Below, piece after piece: positions 55,344 to 63,970 of a stretch of 64,000 nt of DNA. This DNA comes from a virus. Taxonomy: Duplodnaviria; Caudoviricetes. The notes beneath the pieces are model-generated. The model was not told where the DNA came from. It did no database searches and worked only from the letters and a program-made list of their open reading frames with translations. The stretch covers positions 1 through 64,000 of the IMG/VR virus record IMGVR_UViG_2645727545_000002. One strand, written 5' to 3'. A program made the translations under genes and the position numbers. How positions within the stretch are numbered: the first letter of the stretch is position 1; the number at the start of each line of letters is the position of its first letter.

Positions 55344-55590
55344 TTGATTTACCTCTTTTAATATTAATCACATCGGTATTTACAATCTTATATCACATGC
55401 AGCTCACAAACATTTTCAAATAGCGACAAATGAAATAGTTTGTTGAATCAACGTTTACAGTTTCTAAATATTTGATTTACTTTAGGTGATATTTGATTAT
55501 AAACACCAATGAAAAATCATATGCAGAACTTTATGTATCTTATTTTATTGGAGTCATGAAACATGTATAGGAAATTGTTCCGCATATGAA

Positions 55591-55661
55591 TTATGGATAA
55601 AGGATTTGAACCTTTTCTAATGCGTCACGCTTCATCGTGCTACCAGTTACACTAATCCACA
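55591..55661 (-). ncRNA. tRNA-like RNA or pseudo-tRNA with aberrant anticodon arm
   Basis: Acceptor TGTGGAT/ATCCATA; D arm GTGT-AACTGGTA-GCAC; T arm AAAGG-TTCAAAT-CCTTT; no canonical 5-bp stem/7-nt loop anticodon arm. Confidence 0.6.
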
Positions 55662-55817
55662 ACTTTTAGGATGGAAAATAGGTCATCACCACTTAAGAGA
55701 CATGTTTACACCATAAAAATTTTATTATTAAGGAAATTAAAACAAATATGAATATCAAAAAATTAACAAGAAAAGACTATGCAGCAAAGATGAATCTTAA
55801 ATTAGTAATGACCTAAA

Positions 55818-55889
55818 TGGATCATTCGGGACTTGAACCCGAACCGATCGGTTATGAGCCGATTGCGCTCACCATTGCGCCAATGATCC
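55818..55889 (-). tRNA. tRNA with CAT anticodon, most likely tRNA-Ile2; no encoded CCA
   Basis: GGATCAT/ATGATCC acceptor, GCGC D stem, ATCGG-CTCATAA-CCGAT, TCGGG-TTCAAGT-CCCGA; lacks the initiator GGG/CCC stem. Confidence 0.9.
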
Positions 55890-55921
55890 TTATTCTGTGC
55901 CACTCGTAGCAGCACAAATTT

Positions 55922-56104
55922 TTAATTGAAACTTCTATAAAAATCTCCTGTTTTATCAATGCTCCTACAAACCATAGATTCGATTTCTCGTTTCATTTCT
56001 TCGCCACATTCCGGACACATATGTCCTTCTCCAACGTATTCCTTCATCGACATCGTAATAACTTCTTTGTGTCCACATTTTGGACATTGAAATGGATATT
56101 TCAT
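55922..56104 (-). CDS. FmdB-like Zn-ribbon protein
   Basis: Y.F.CPKCG...CPECG. Confidence 0.7.
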   Translation of the reverse strand: MKYPFQCPKCGHKEVITMSMKEYVGEGHMCPECGEEMKREIESMVCRSIDKTGDFYRSFN

Positions 56105-56109
56105 ATTAT

Positions 56110-56562
56110 TTATTTCTCCTTTTCACTCTCAAGTTCTTTTAATTGTTTCACAAGCTCTCCCAAAGTTTCGTTATCTGAATACTGTTTTACCATATTTTCA
56201 TAATACTCAATGTTTTTCCTTTTTGAGATTTCCTTATCAATTTTCTTTTTAATTTTACGTTTGAGTTTTTCGATATTATTAATACGCTCTTCCTCTTTAT
56301 GTCTTTTGGCATATGCATCCATATTCACAACACCAACAACCTGCGCAGTAGGCTTCTTACCGTATTCTTCTAAAGATACTATATCTTTTACTTCTCCCAA
56401 TACTCTTCTTTCTTTTCCACATGCATTAACAACCACAAGTGTATTTTTAAAATTTGCTGTTCTGAGTAACTCAAACTCTTCCTTATATAAAGCAAAACCA
56501 TAATCTTTATTGTTCCAATCTTCTAACAAGTTTACAATTGCTACTAAATCATATCCTGTCAT
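56110..56562 (-). CDS. Hypothetical phage protein
   Basis: 150 aa with coiled-coil C-terminus. Confidence 0.65.
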   Translation of the reverse strand: MTGYDLVAIVNLLEDWNNKDYGFALYKEEFELLRTANFKNTLVVVNACGKERRVLGEVKDIVSLEEYGKKPTAQVVGVVNMDAYAKRHKEEERINNIEKLKRKIKKKIDKEISKRKNIEYYENMVKQYSDNETLGELVKQLKELESEKEK

Positions 56563-56577
56563 TGTTTATTTCTCCTT

Positions 56578-57210
56578 TTATTTTAATAATGCTTTGTCAA
56601 TAATTTGAAAGTTAGCTCTATGTATATACAATGCTTTTCCATCAATCATTAGCTTTGTCATTTTAGGTAGATCATTCGGAATCTCCCAATATACTTCTTC
56701 TCCTGAGTATGCTGTAATAGGTTGTCCAAGCTGTGATTTAATAACGACCACCCGCGACTTCCCAAACATATTTTTGTATTTATTTACAAACTCAGCAACG
56801 AATGTATTATCAGAAAATGAACCATCTGTCATACTTTTAATTCTCTCTTCGATAAAATCAACTTCGCTATTTAGTCCATCCTGTACAAAAATACAAGTAT
56901 CTCCGCAACTTTCAATTTCTTTACCGTCAATTGTAATTGTAATTACAGATGATAAATCATAATTAGTGGATATAGATCCATCACTGCTGTAACTCGTAGT
57001 CTCCACTTTGATCCCAGAAATATTGATTTTGTCTCCTGATGTTTCTAGCACCTTTGAACCATAATTATCATATGTATTAATACGATATCCATTTCCAATC
57101 AATGAACCTTTGATATCGTTAAATTCCGATTCCAACATTGCACATCCAGATAGAGCTGTAATAAAGCAACTCATTGTTACTATAGTTACAATTTTCTTAA
57201 TTTTTCTCAT
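56578..57210 (-). CDS. Lipoprotein (DUF5052-like)
   Basis: Basic N-terminus, hydrophobic core, lipobox LSGC. Confidence 0.7.
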   Translation of the reverse strand: MRKIKKIVTIVTMSCFITALSGCAMLESEFNDIKGSLIGNGYRINTYDNYGSKVLETSGDKINISGIKVETTSYSSDGSISTNYDLSSVITITIDGKEIESCGDTCIFVQDGLNSEVDFIEERIKSMTDGSFSDNTFVAEFVNKYKNMFGKSRVVVIKSQLGQPITAYSGEEVYWEIPNDLPKMTKLMIDGKALYIHRANFQIIDKALLK

Positions 57211-57308
57211 TCATCTATTCTCCTTCAAATTTTTATATGCCATATATAGTATTTAAACAAGTTGCAAACTACTATATATTGTGCTAAATTCCGAATGAAA
57301 TCGAGATT

Positions 57309-58348
57309 TTAACTTGATAATATCTCATCTATCATCTTATCCATCTCATATGTAAATTTGACACAATTACCATGTGAAATATGATTCTTCCAAGATTCAT
57401 AAGATTCTAGGAATTTTCCTTTTGATAACTTATTCTCTTTTACCATCTTTGCCATTTTTCGATATTTTCTTTTTCGCTTTTTCTCTTTTTTTCATTTGTA
57501 AGTTTTCTAATTACTTTTCCATCTTTTGTGACATATGTATGAAAACCACAAAATTTAATTCCGTTTTTAAAAGGTATAATCTGAGTTTTGCCGTTCAATT
57601 CAAGATTTAGTGTGTTTACAAAATCTTCTATTGCACACAAACAATATTTTGCATATTGCTTTGATTCCACAATTAAATAGAAATCATCCATGTATCTTCC
57701 ATAATATTTGACACCCAACTCTCCAGTTATAAAATGATCAAAACCAGACAAATATAATAAAGCAAATACCTGACTAACTTGATTTCCAAGAGGCAAGCCA
57801 TTTCCGCTTGTGCTATCAATAAATTTTTCACATAACCAGTACGTATCTGGATTAGATATAAAATATAAAACAATATCTTTCAGAATATTATGATCAATAT
57901 TATAGAAAAATTTTTTAATATCACCTTTAATAATCCAACAATCATATCCGTATTTCTGATATGCTAAATACATTTGATATTTCAGACAATCCAAACCAAA
58001 CAATGTTCCTTTTCCTATTTGTCCGGCATAATTCGTATATATAAATTCATTACTTAAAATAGGAAGAAGCACATTATCACATAAACTGTGCTGCACAATT
58101 TTGTCTTTAAAACTTCCTGCTTCTATAATTCTCTCTTTCGGTTCATATACTTTAAATCTGTTATATCTATCTACTTCATATTGCTTTGATTCTAAAAGTT
58201 TCTTAATTTGATAAATTCCATCAAGAGCAGATAATTCAAATTTAATTCTACTTTTCGTAAAACCTTTGCCACTTTTTGAATCTCTGTATGCTTTATATAA
58301 ATTTTCAAAATCAATAATCTTATCAAAAACTGTGCTATCTTTTATCAT
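57309..58348 (-). CDS. DGR reverse transcriptase (3' frameshift near 57470-57490)
   Basis: EPKERII, GKGT, KGDIKKFF, GLPLGNQVSQ, RYMDD, FCG; shifted frame continues to SWKNHISHGN...EILSS*. Confidence 0.95.
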
Positions 58349-58465
58349 GATATATTTTACCTTTGTATTTATCCTGTCTAGTAAAAGACAGGAAAGGTTG
58401 TTTGCTCTTTTGATATCGGGACTCTAATTTCAGCGTTTCTCTTACTTTATTTCGTCTTCCGACCC

Positions 58466-58549
58466 AAAACGGACGAACTCCATAATCGTTCCAATTGCAA
58501 TCGTTGTAGTTCACGTTACCATTACTGTTAACAATCTGAACATAGGAAG
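58466..58549 (-). repeat. DGR template repeat (TR), 84 bp
   Basis: AAC/AAT-rich copy of the VR, between avd and RT. Confidence 0.95.
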
Positions 58550-58574
58550 TCATATAGCAAACAACCGTTAAGAA

Positions 58575-58928
58575 TCATCTTGTTTTATCTTTGTTTCTCC
58601 AGGCTATTGTCATATATTTAATATCACATATCTTCTTCTGCCAATGTTCAACTGTATCAGATCCTATAAGATTTAGATTCATTGACAATTCAACATAACA
58701 AGATAATTTATCACATGAAGAAATAGATCTAGTTTGCAAATCTAATCTCTTCTGTTTTTCTGCATTTATTTGTATTCTATTTGCGCTCATCAGGAAATCA
58801 TATATATTCATACATTCATTCTGAATTCTTTCTATAAGCGTTTTGTATTTTGCCGGATATCTCTTTTTATTCGCTGTCACGGAATATGTATATTGCATTA
58901 AGTCGATAGCTTTTGTAATAACTTCCAT
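58575..58928 (-). CDS. avd: DGR accessory protein (Avd-like four-helix bundle)
   Basis: 117-aa basic helical protein (YP..Y..L..RI, AN, W) between target and TR; ATG at 58928 after GGAGTG. Confidence 0.85.
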   Translation of the reverse strand: MEVITKAIDLMQYTYSVTANKKRYPAKYKTLIERIQNECMNIYDFLMSANRIQINAEKQKRLDLQTRSISSCDKLSCYVELSMNLNLIGSDTVEHWQKKICDIKYMTIAWRNKDKTR

Positions 58929-58973
58929 ATAAATCACTCCAATCTTGCTGAGTTTTGCTCTTCGAATACTTAC

Positions 58974-58995
58974 GAACAACGCTTACGCATTGTTC
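58974..58995 (-). promoter_or_regulatory. Hairpin downstream of the VR (candidate DGR target-recognition element)
   Basis: GAACAATGC-GTAA-GCGTTGTTC: 9-bp stem with one G-T pair, 4-nt loop. Confidence 0.6.
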
Positions 58996-59037
58996 TGTCT
59001 TCATCTCCACAAAACGTTATCGACAAGATAAACAGAT

Positions 59038-59802
59038 TTAAGATTCGGTGATAAAAAACGGACGAACCCCAAAATCGTCCCAACTGCAAACGCTGCAGTC
59101 CACGTCACCACTACTGCCAACAAACTGAACATAGGAAGAATCTTTTCTTGATTTCGTCTGATTTGGAGTTGACAGCCAGTGTGGATAATTGATTAGTGGA
59201 AGTTTTTCACCACATTTTCTGAATAAATCAAAAGTCGGAATAGACAATACATCATCTTTTACAACACCATAATCATTAAATCCATCCATACTAAGCAAGT
59301 TATTTTCAACTGGAGTAATACTATTTCCATATTTACATTTAATGTCTTTTGCAAGCTTGCACTCTTTAAGATATTTTCTTACAGAAGATTCTGCGTAATT
59401 ATTATTGCTGCCAAAACTCATCCTCGTAAGAACTCCATACATAAAATGATATATCTTTCCATCCATTCGAATGTTTGTCCAATAATATCCAAATTCCTCT
59501 TTAAAGTGCTTGTTCATAAAATCTTTAACGGATTCTCTAAATTCATCTTCATATCTCTCTGGATCGTTACTATACCATTCTGGTACAATATCCTGATCGA
59601 CTTTATAAGTCCACTTTGAAATATCAGAAGTGATAACATATTTCTCTGGCGGAATTAATTCTGCTCTCACAAATTTCTTAGAAGCATTAAATTCATTATC
59701 TTCTATATCCAATTTTTCAAGCAAACTTGAATGACTTTCATTCTCTAAGGGTGCAAGTTCCACCCTATTCTTAAAAATAATTCCACTTTTAAACTCACAC
59801 AT
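59038..59802 (-). CDS. DGR target protein, C-terminal CLec/DUF6273-like domain
   Basis: NNYAESSVR..L, WLSTP, C-terminal VR ending GVRPF. Confidence 0.9.
   Translation of the reverse strand: MCEFKSGIIFKNRVELAPLENESHSSLLEKLDIEDNEFNASKKFVRAELIPPEKYVITSDISKWTYKVDQDIVPEWYSNDPERYEDEFRESVKDFMNKHFKEEFGYYWTNIRMDGKIYHFMYGVLTRMSFGSNNNYAESSVRKYLKECKLAKDIKCKYGNSITPVENNLLSMDGFNDYGVVKDDVLSIPTFDLFRKCGEKLPLINYPHWLSTPNQTKSRKDSSYVQFVGSSGDVDCSVCSWDDFGVRPFFITES
59055..59138 (-). repeat. DGR variable repeat (VR), 84 bp
   Basis: 13 differences from the TR, all at TR adenines. Confidence 0.95.
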
Positions 59803-59825
59803 AATTTATTTCTCCTTTTCCTTAT

Positions 59826-60419
59826 TTAGACAATTTCAATTTCTTCTCCAATCAGTTCTTCTAACTTTTCGCGCATTTCTTCCACTGTCATTTTCTTTGG
59901 TTCTTTGCGCTCCCAGATGAGTTCGAGGTTATCATCATCCATAATATGTTCGAAGTTTCTTTCATTTTTAATCTTATACACTCTGATGATGCTAAGTTGG
60001 CTTTTTGCATATCCTTGTGTTAAGTCATTCTCGTAGGCTTCGAGTCTATGGCTCCCCTCTTCTCCAATTAGCATATTTCCAACCACCATTCTCTTTCCAT
60101 AGTCCTTGCATCTGTATTCCACCACCATTCCGTCTTTTAGATCTGACTTTGTAAATTCTTTCTGCATGTAATCACTCCATTCCAGGATTTTATACCCTTT
60201 GCTTTTATAGTACTGATACGGCGAAAACTCTCCTCTGATATAGCACATTTCTTCTTCGCAGAATTTGTAATTTGTCTCTTTCAGGTAGCTTTCGCCTGAA
60301 CACCACTTCATTCCTTGCTTATGCATTTTTTCGCAAAAGTCTTTCGCTTCCTCTTCTGTCTTGCAGTGTACTGCAATCTTATTGTCTGTATCCTTAAATT
60401 CGTCCCAGTTAAATCTCAT
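59826..60419 (-). CDS. Hypothetical phage protein
   Basis: 197 aa; VHCKTEEEA, KSDLKDGMVV and WER motifs of Firmicute phage proteins. Confidence 0.7.
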   Translation of the reverse strand: MRFNWDEFKDTDNKIAVHCKTEEEAKDFCEKMHKQGMKWCSGESYLKETNYKFCEEEMCYIRGEFSPYQYYKSKGYKILEWSDYMQKEFTKSDLKDGMVVEYRCKDYGKRMVVGNMLIGEEGSHRLEAYENDLTQGYAKSQLSIIRVYKIKNERNFEHIMDDDNLELIWERKEPKKMTVEEMREKLEELIGEEIEIV

Positions 60420-60610
60420 CTTTTTTTACCTCATTCTTCCTCTTTTATATATTTTGCTACAAACATCAATGCCCCAACTCCTAATACAAACCCGTAGAAA
60501 AATGCCTCTTCTCCAAGTTCATATAATCTGGCACCGGCTAAACAGGATGTAATCAACCCACCAATTGACATTATGTTCCAAAAAGTTTTCTCCATATGTA
60601 ATTCACCACC

Positions 60611-62074
60611 TTATCCTACAAGTTCATACTTGTTCCTTAAAAATTCACCAATATCATTTACCATGTATGTATAATTTTCTTTTTGATCTTTAATATATGT
60701 AGAATTTCTGTTAAAGAAACTTACCATCCACTCCGGAATTTCTAAATCTATGTTTGTTTCAAAGCTGTACGCAACAACAGCAAGTAAAGAATTCATGTTT
60801 TCAGGTTCAAGAAGTTTCGATGAGTTATCAACCTCTACTGTCCAGTCATCTAACTGAATTTTATATAATTCGATGTCTTCATCAATCACATCTTCTTTAA
60901 CATTTTCTTTGATAAATTCAAGAGCGTTCTGGTCTGAAGAAGCATTATCTATTACATTATTCTCTCCCACTTCGACAAGACATTCTTCATCTTCTTTAAT
61001 ATGTAAATACTCTTTCATGAGAGCAGTTAAGATGTTAATTTTCTCTTTTAAAATAGCCTTACCTTTTGTATGACGATCCTCATTTAATTTGTCAAATGTT
61101 ACTCCATTTACATCTTTTTTATATAAAGACTTTTCAAATTCTTCTACAAAATCCTTAAACTTAATATCATCTAATCCAAATTTAGCAAACTCTTTAAACA
61201 CAGGGATCCAAACAATAACATTTTTTGGCACAAACACTTCTGTGAAATTATCTTTGCACACAGATTCAATCCTGCTAAAATATTCATTTACAGTATCAAA
61301 GTGTTCTTCCGTTGCGTTCTCATTTAGATATTTGCTCATGTTCTTTATTGCACTTTTCCAGTTATCAAAGAAAAACGTTGTCATGACAGATTCACATACA
61401 AGTCTTTCTCTAATACCTTTCGATTGCTGCTTACCGGAACAAGACATACAATTTTTAAAGAATTTATTTTTCTCAGATATTGTCCTTATTTTTCTTGCAT
61501 GTAAATCAATATAAGTAAATGCTTTCTGAGATGTATTCATTCCCAAATGATTGTTGTATCTTCTCACCAATTTACTAATCTGTGACATCGTACAATGCTG
61601 ATGTATTGTAATGTCAATCTGATAATCATCAAACATTTTTTTCAATTCTGGCGGTAACATTTCATATGTTTTTCTTCTCAAATCATATTCAACAGATTCC
61701 CAAATAACTTTTCCGTATTCATCTTTACAGATTTTATTATTTTCATCTTTCTTTTTTCTCTGATATTGGATAATCGGATCTTCTAAAGTAGCTGTAATTT
61801 TATAGTTTTCATGCTTAAATTTAACCAACGCAGAACTTCTTTGCATTCCATCAACAATGTATTGCTGCACAACGTCTTCGTCCAAATCTTCTTCTCCTAA
61901 GATAATTGGTGGAATATAATCATCAGTTAATACAGTTTTGATTAACTCATTCACCATTCCATTTTCCCAACAAAACAGTCTTTGAACGTCCTGATTATCA
62001 CTAATATCTTCTTCCACAATCTTCTCTAAATAAGAATCTAGCGATAATGTCTTTTTTCTAATTTTCTTTGCCAT
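60611..62074 (-). CDS. DUF262/ParB-like domain protein
   Basis: QR.F.W, IPPIIL, IVDGMQR. Confidence 0.75.
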   Translation of the reverse strand: MAKKIRKKTLSLDSYLEKIVEEDISDNQDVQRLFCWENGMVNELIKTVLTDDYIPPIILGEEDLDEDVVQQYIVDGMQRSSALVKFKHENYKITATLEDPIIQYQRKKKDENNKICKDEYGKVIWESVEYDLRRKTYEMLPPELKKMFDDYQIDITIHQHCTMSQISKLVRRYNNHLGMNTSQKAFTYIDLHARKIRTISEKNKFFKNCMSCSGKQQSKGIRERLVCESVMTTFFFDNWKSAIKNMSKYLNENATEEHFDTVNEYFSRIESVCKDNFTEVFVPKNVIVWIPVFKEFAKFGLDDIKFKDFVEEFEKSLYKKDVNGVTFDKLNEDRHTKGKAILKEKINILTALMKEYLHIKEDEECLVEVGENNVIDNASSDQNALEFIKENVKEDVIDEDIELYKIQLDDWTVEVDNSSKLLEPENMNSLLAVVAYSFETNIDLEIPEWMVSFFNRNSTYIKDQKENYTYMVNDIGEFLRNKYELVG

Positions 62075-62094
62075 GATTATATTCCTCCAATTTT

Positions 62095-62720
62095 TTATTC
62101 GCACAATAACACTTTTACATTTTCATAAAGACGCATAGTCCCAAGTATATTGTCTTTATATTCTCTTTCTGTTATGTTTAATTCTTCAATAATTTCATCT
62201 TGAGTGTATCCATCGCATATGAGATCGACCGCCTTTTGTTGCTTATAAGATAAATTGCTCTTATACATTTCAATTTTATCTGTTGTGGGGTGAAGTCTAT
62301 TTATAATTTCCCCTTCTAAATTAAATCCAGAAGAAATGCCTTCTTCCAACGTGTAATCTTCATCTGGATCAACTTTCATATGTATGGATATATCTGGAAT
62401 AACTATAGGATTTCCGTCCTTATCTCTCATAATTTTTCCTTTACTATCTGTTACAAGATTACATCTTTTAAACCTTATACAATCTCTTTTCCACGTTTCT
62501 TTTCTTCTTACAAGGTTTCCATAGAAATATGTACTAAATTTACAGTTTTTCGACTCATCATATGTATCCATACTCTTCAGAAGAATATCGACAGCTTTAT
62601 CATAATAATCATCCAATACATTTTCGGGATATTTGTTTTGGAAATGATTTTGTCGCATATTTTACGAATTTTTTTCATATCATTTCCGATATAGTCTTCG
62701 AGAATTTTATTCTTGTCCAT
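62095..62720 (-). CDS. Phage sigma-70-like factor (5' frameshift)
   Basis: YDESKNCKFSTYF (region 2) and LSYKQQ...GYTQDEI (region 4); true start MDKNKIL at 62720. Confidence 0.7.
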
Positions 62721-62741
62721 CTTTATGACCTCTTATACAAA

Positions 62742-62879
62742 ATATTTAGATATCTATTTTTTATATTCGCTTTTATGAATACAACATACACCACATCTGA
62801 ATATTTGTCAATAAATATATTCACATATCTGAATATTCCTCCATTGACATATGAATATATAATGTTATAATCTAAATAT
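62742..62879. promoter_or_regulatory. Divergent promoters with repeated operator-like sites
   Basis: Plus: TTGACA (62844), 16-nt spacer, TGnTATAAT (TATAAT at 62866). Minus: TTGACA (62811-62806), 17-nt spacer, TATGTT. Palindromes ATATTCA-N6-TGAATAT. Confidence 0.7.
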
Positions 62880-62892
62880 TAGGAGGTGTAAT

Positions 62893-63099
62893 ATGTTTTC
62901 ATACAAACCTTTGCTGAAGCTGCTTATTGATAACGACTTAAGCAAAACTCAATTTCGTTTAGAAACCGGAATAAGTATGGCTACATTAGCCAAGATTGGT
63001 AAAGATGAATATATTTCTATGTCCACTCTTGACACCATTTGCAAATATTTCGATTGTAAAATTGAGGATGTAGTCAAATTTATCAATGATGATAAGTAG
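62893..63099 (+). CDS. XRE/Cro-C1 HTH regulator
   Basis: SYKPL..LL...ISMATLAKIGK..IS..TL..IC..F.C.I.D; AGGAGG RBS; only convincing plus-strand gene. Confidence 0.9.
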   Translation: MFSYKPLLKLLIDNDLSKTQFRLETGISMATLAKIGKDEYISMSTLDTICKYFDCKIEDVVKFINDDK

Positions 63100-63125
63100 T
63101 TTCATACAACCTGATTCTATTATTA

Positions 63126-63818
63126 CTATGAATCAGGTTGTAATTCATCAAAGAAATCATCGTCTTCAATGATTCTTATCTCAAATCTTCTAGTACCAAG
63201 ACGATTAAAAGTCTTTTCAATATTCTTAATCCCAATCGTACATTTTGTATTGTCCAGGACAGATTGAATAATTACCAACTCATCTTTAATCTGTCTTCGT
63301 TTTTCAAGAATTTCTTTTTCCAACTTATATAATTTGTATCCATCACAACCTGACTTCCATTTTTCTAATTCAATCTGATGCATACAGTTTGACAATTCAC
63401 GATCAACATTTGCCAATTTTTTATGTAATACTGCTCTTCTTCTCGTAGCGTCTTCCACAAATTCGCTACACTGTCTTGATTTTTCGATCCACTGTACAAC
63501 CTCGTCGCACGGTATGTACGAATCTTTTCTTATGTATTTCTTCTCTTCTGATTGCACATTATCTGTTTTTGTTTTGTTCTGAGGAACTTCCTGTTCAGAT
63601 TGTGGAACAGGTTTTACTTTAAAATGAAAGTTCTTCAATACTTTTGGAAGATTCTTTAGAATATTATCCGCCTTGTCCTTTTCAAATACTTGAGCGTTGC
63701 GTTTAGAACAAGTTACAGGAGAACCATCAGAACTTAACCTAATGTACAATTTGTCGTTCGTCACGACATAATTCATTTCAACCACCCTTTCTTTTTTACT
63801 TTTCATTGCGTTATTCAC
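63126..63818 (-). CDS. Hypothetical coiled-coil phage protein
   Basis: 230 aa; HQIE...GY..Y....RR..KDE motif. Confidence 0.7.
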   Translation of the reverse strand: MNNAMKSKKERVVEMNYVVTNDKLYIRLSSDGSPVTCSKRNAQVFEKDKADNILKNLPKVLKNFHFKVKPVPQSEQEVPQNKTKTDNVQSEEKKYIRKDSYIPCDEVVQWIEKSRQCSEFVEDATRRRAVLHKKLANVDRELSNCMHQIELEKWKSGCDGYKLYKLEKEILEKRRQIKDELVIIQSVLDNTKCTIGIKNIEKTFNRLGTRRFEIRIIEDDDFFDELQPDS

Positions 63819-63941
63819 TGTTTATTTCACTCCTATTTAAAAAATTGCATCAGAAATAAACGTTTAGAAACTTGTCCACACGAATAAAAAGTAAATTTCA
63901 ATATTCAGTTTTCCAATATTTGGAATTTTTAGCTGATACGC

Positions 63942-63970
63942 TTGACTACTTTGAAAAAAATATGTATTAT
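63942..63970 (+). promoter_or_regulatory. Candidate sigma-A promoter pointing out of the window
   Basis: TTGACT, 17-nt spacer, TATTAT. Confidence 0.45.

Noticed and set aside
1-57300. Additional remote DGR variable repeats
   Set aside because: No second TR match was noticed by eye; this is not exhaustive and needs a BLASTn-short search.
57309-58348. RT as group II intron, retron or Abi RT
   Set aside because: Short length, GNxxSQ motif, adjacent avd and an adenine-specific TR/VR pair identify it as a DGR RT.
58335-58553. 72-aa ORF resembling the target C-terminus
   Set aside because: It is the TR read in frame; TRs act as RNA templates and often stay open because of AAC codons.
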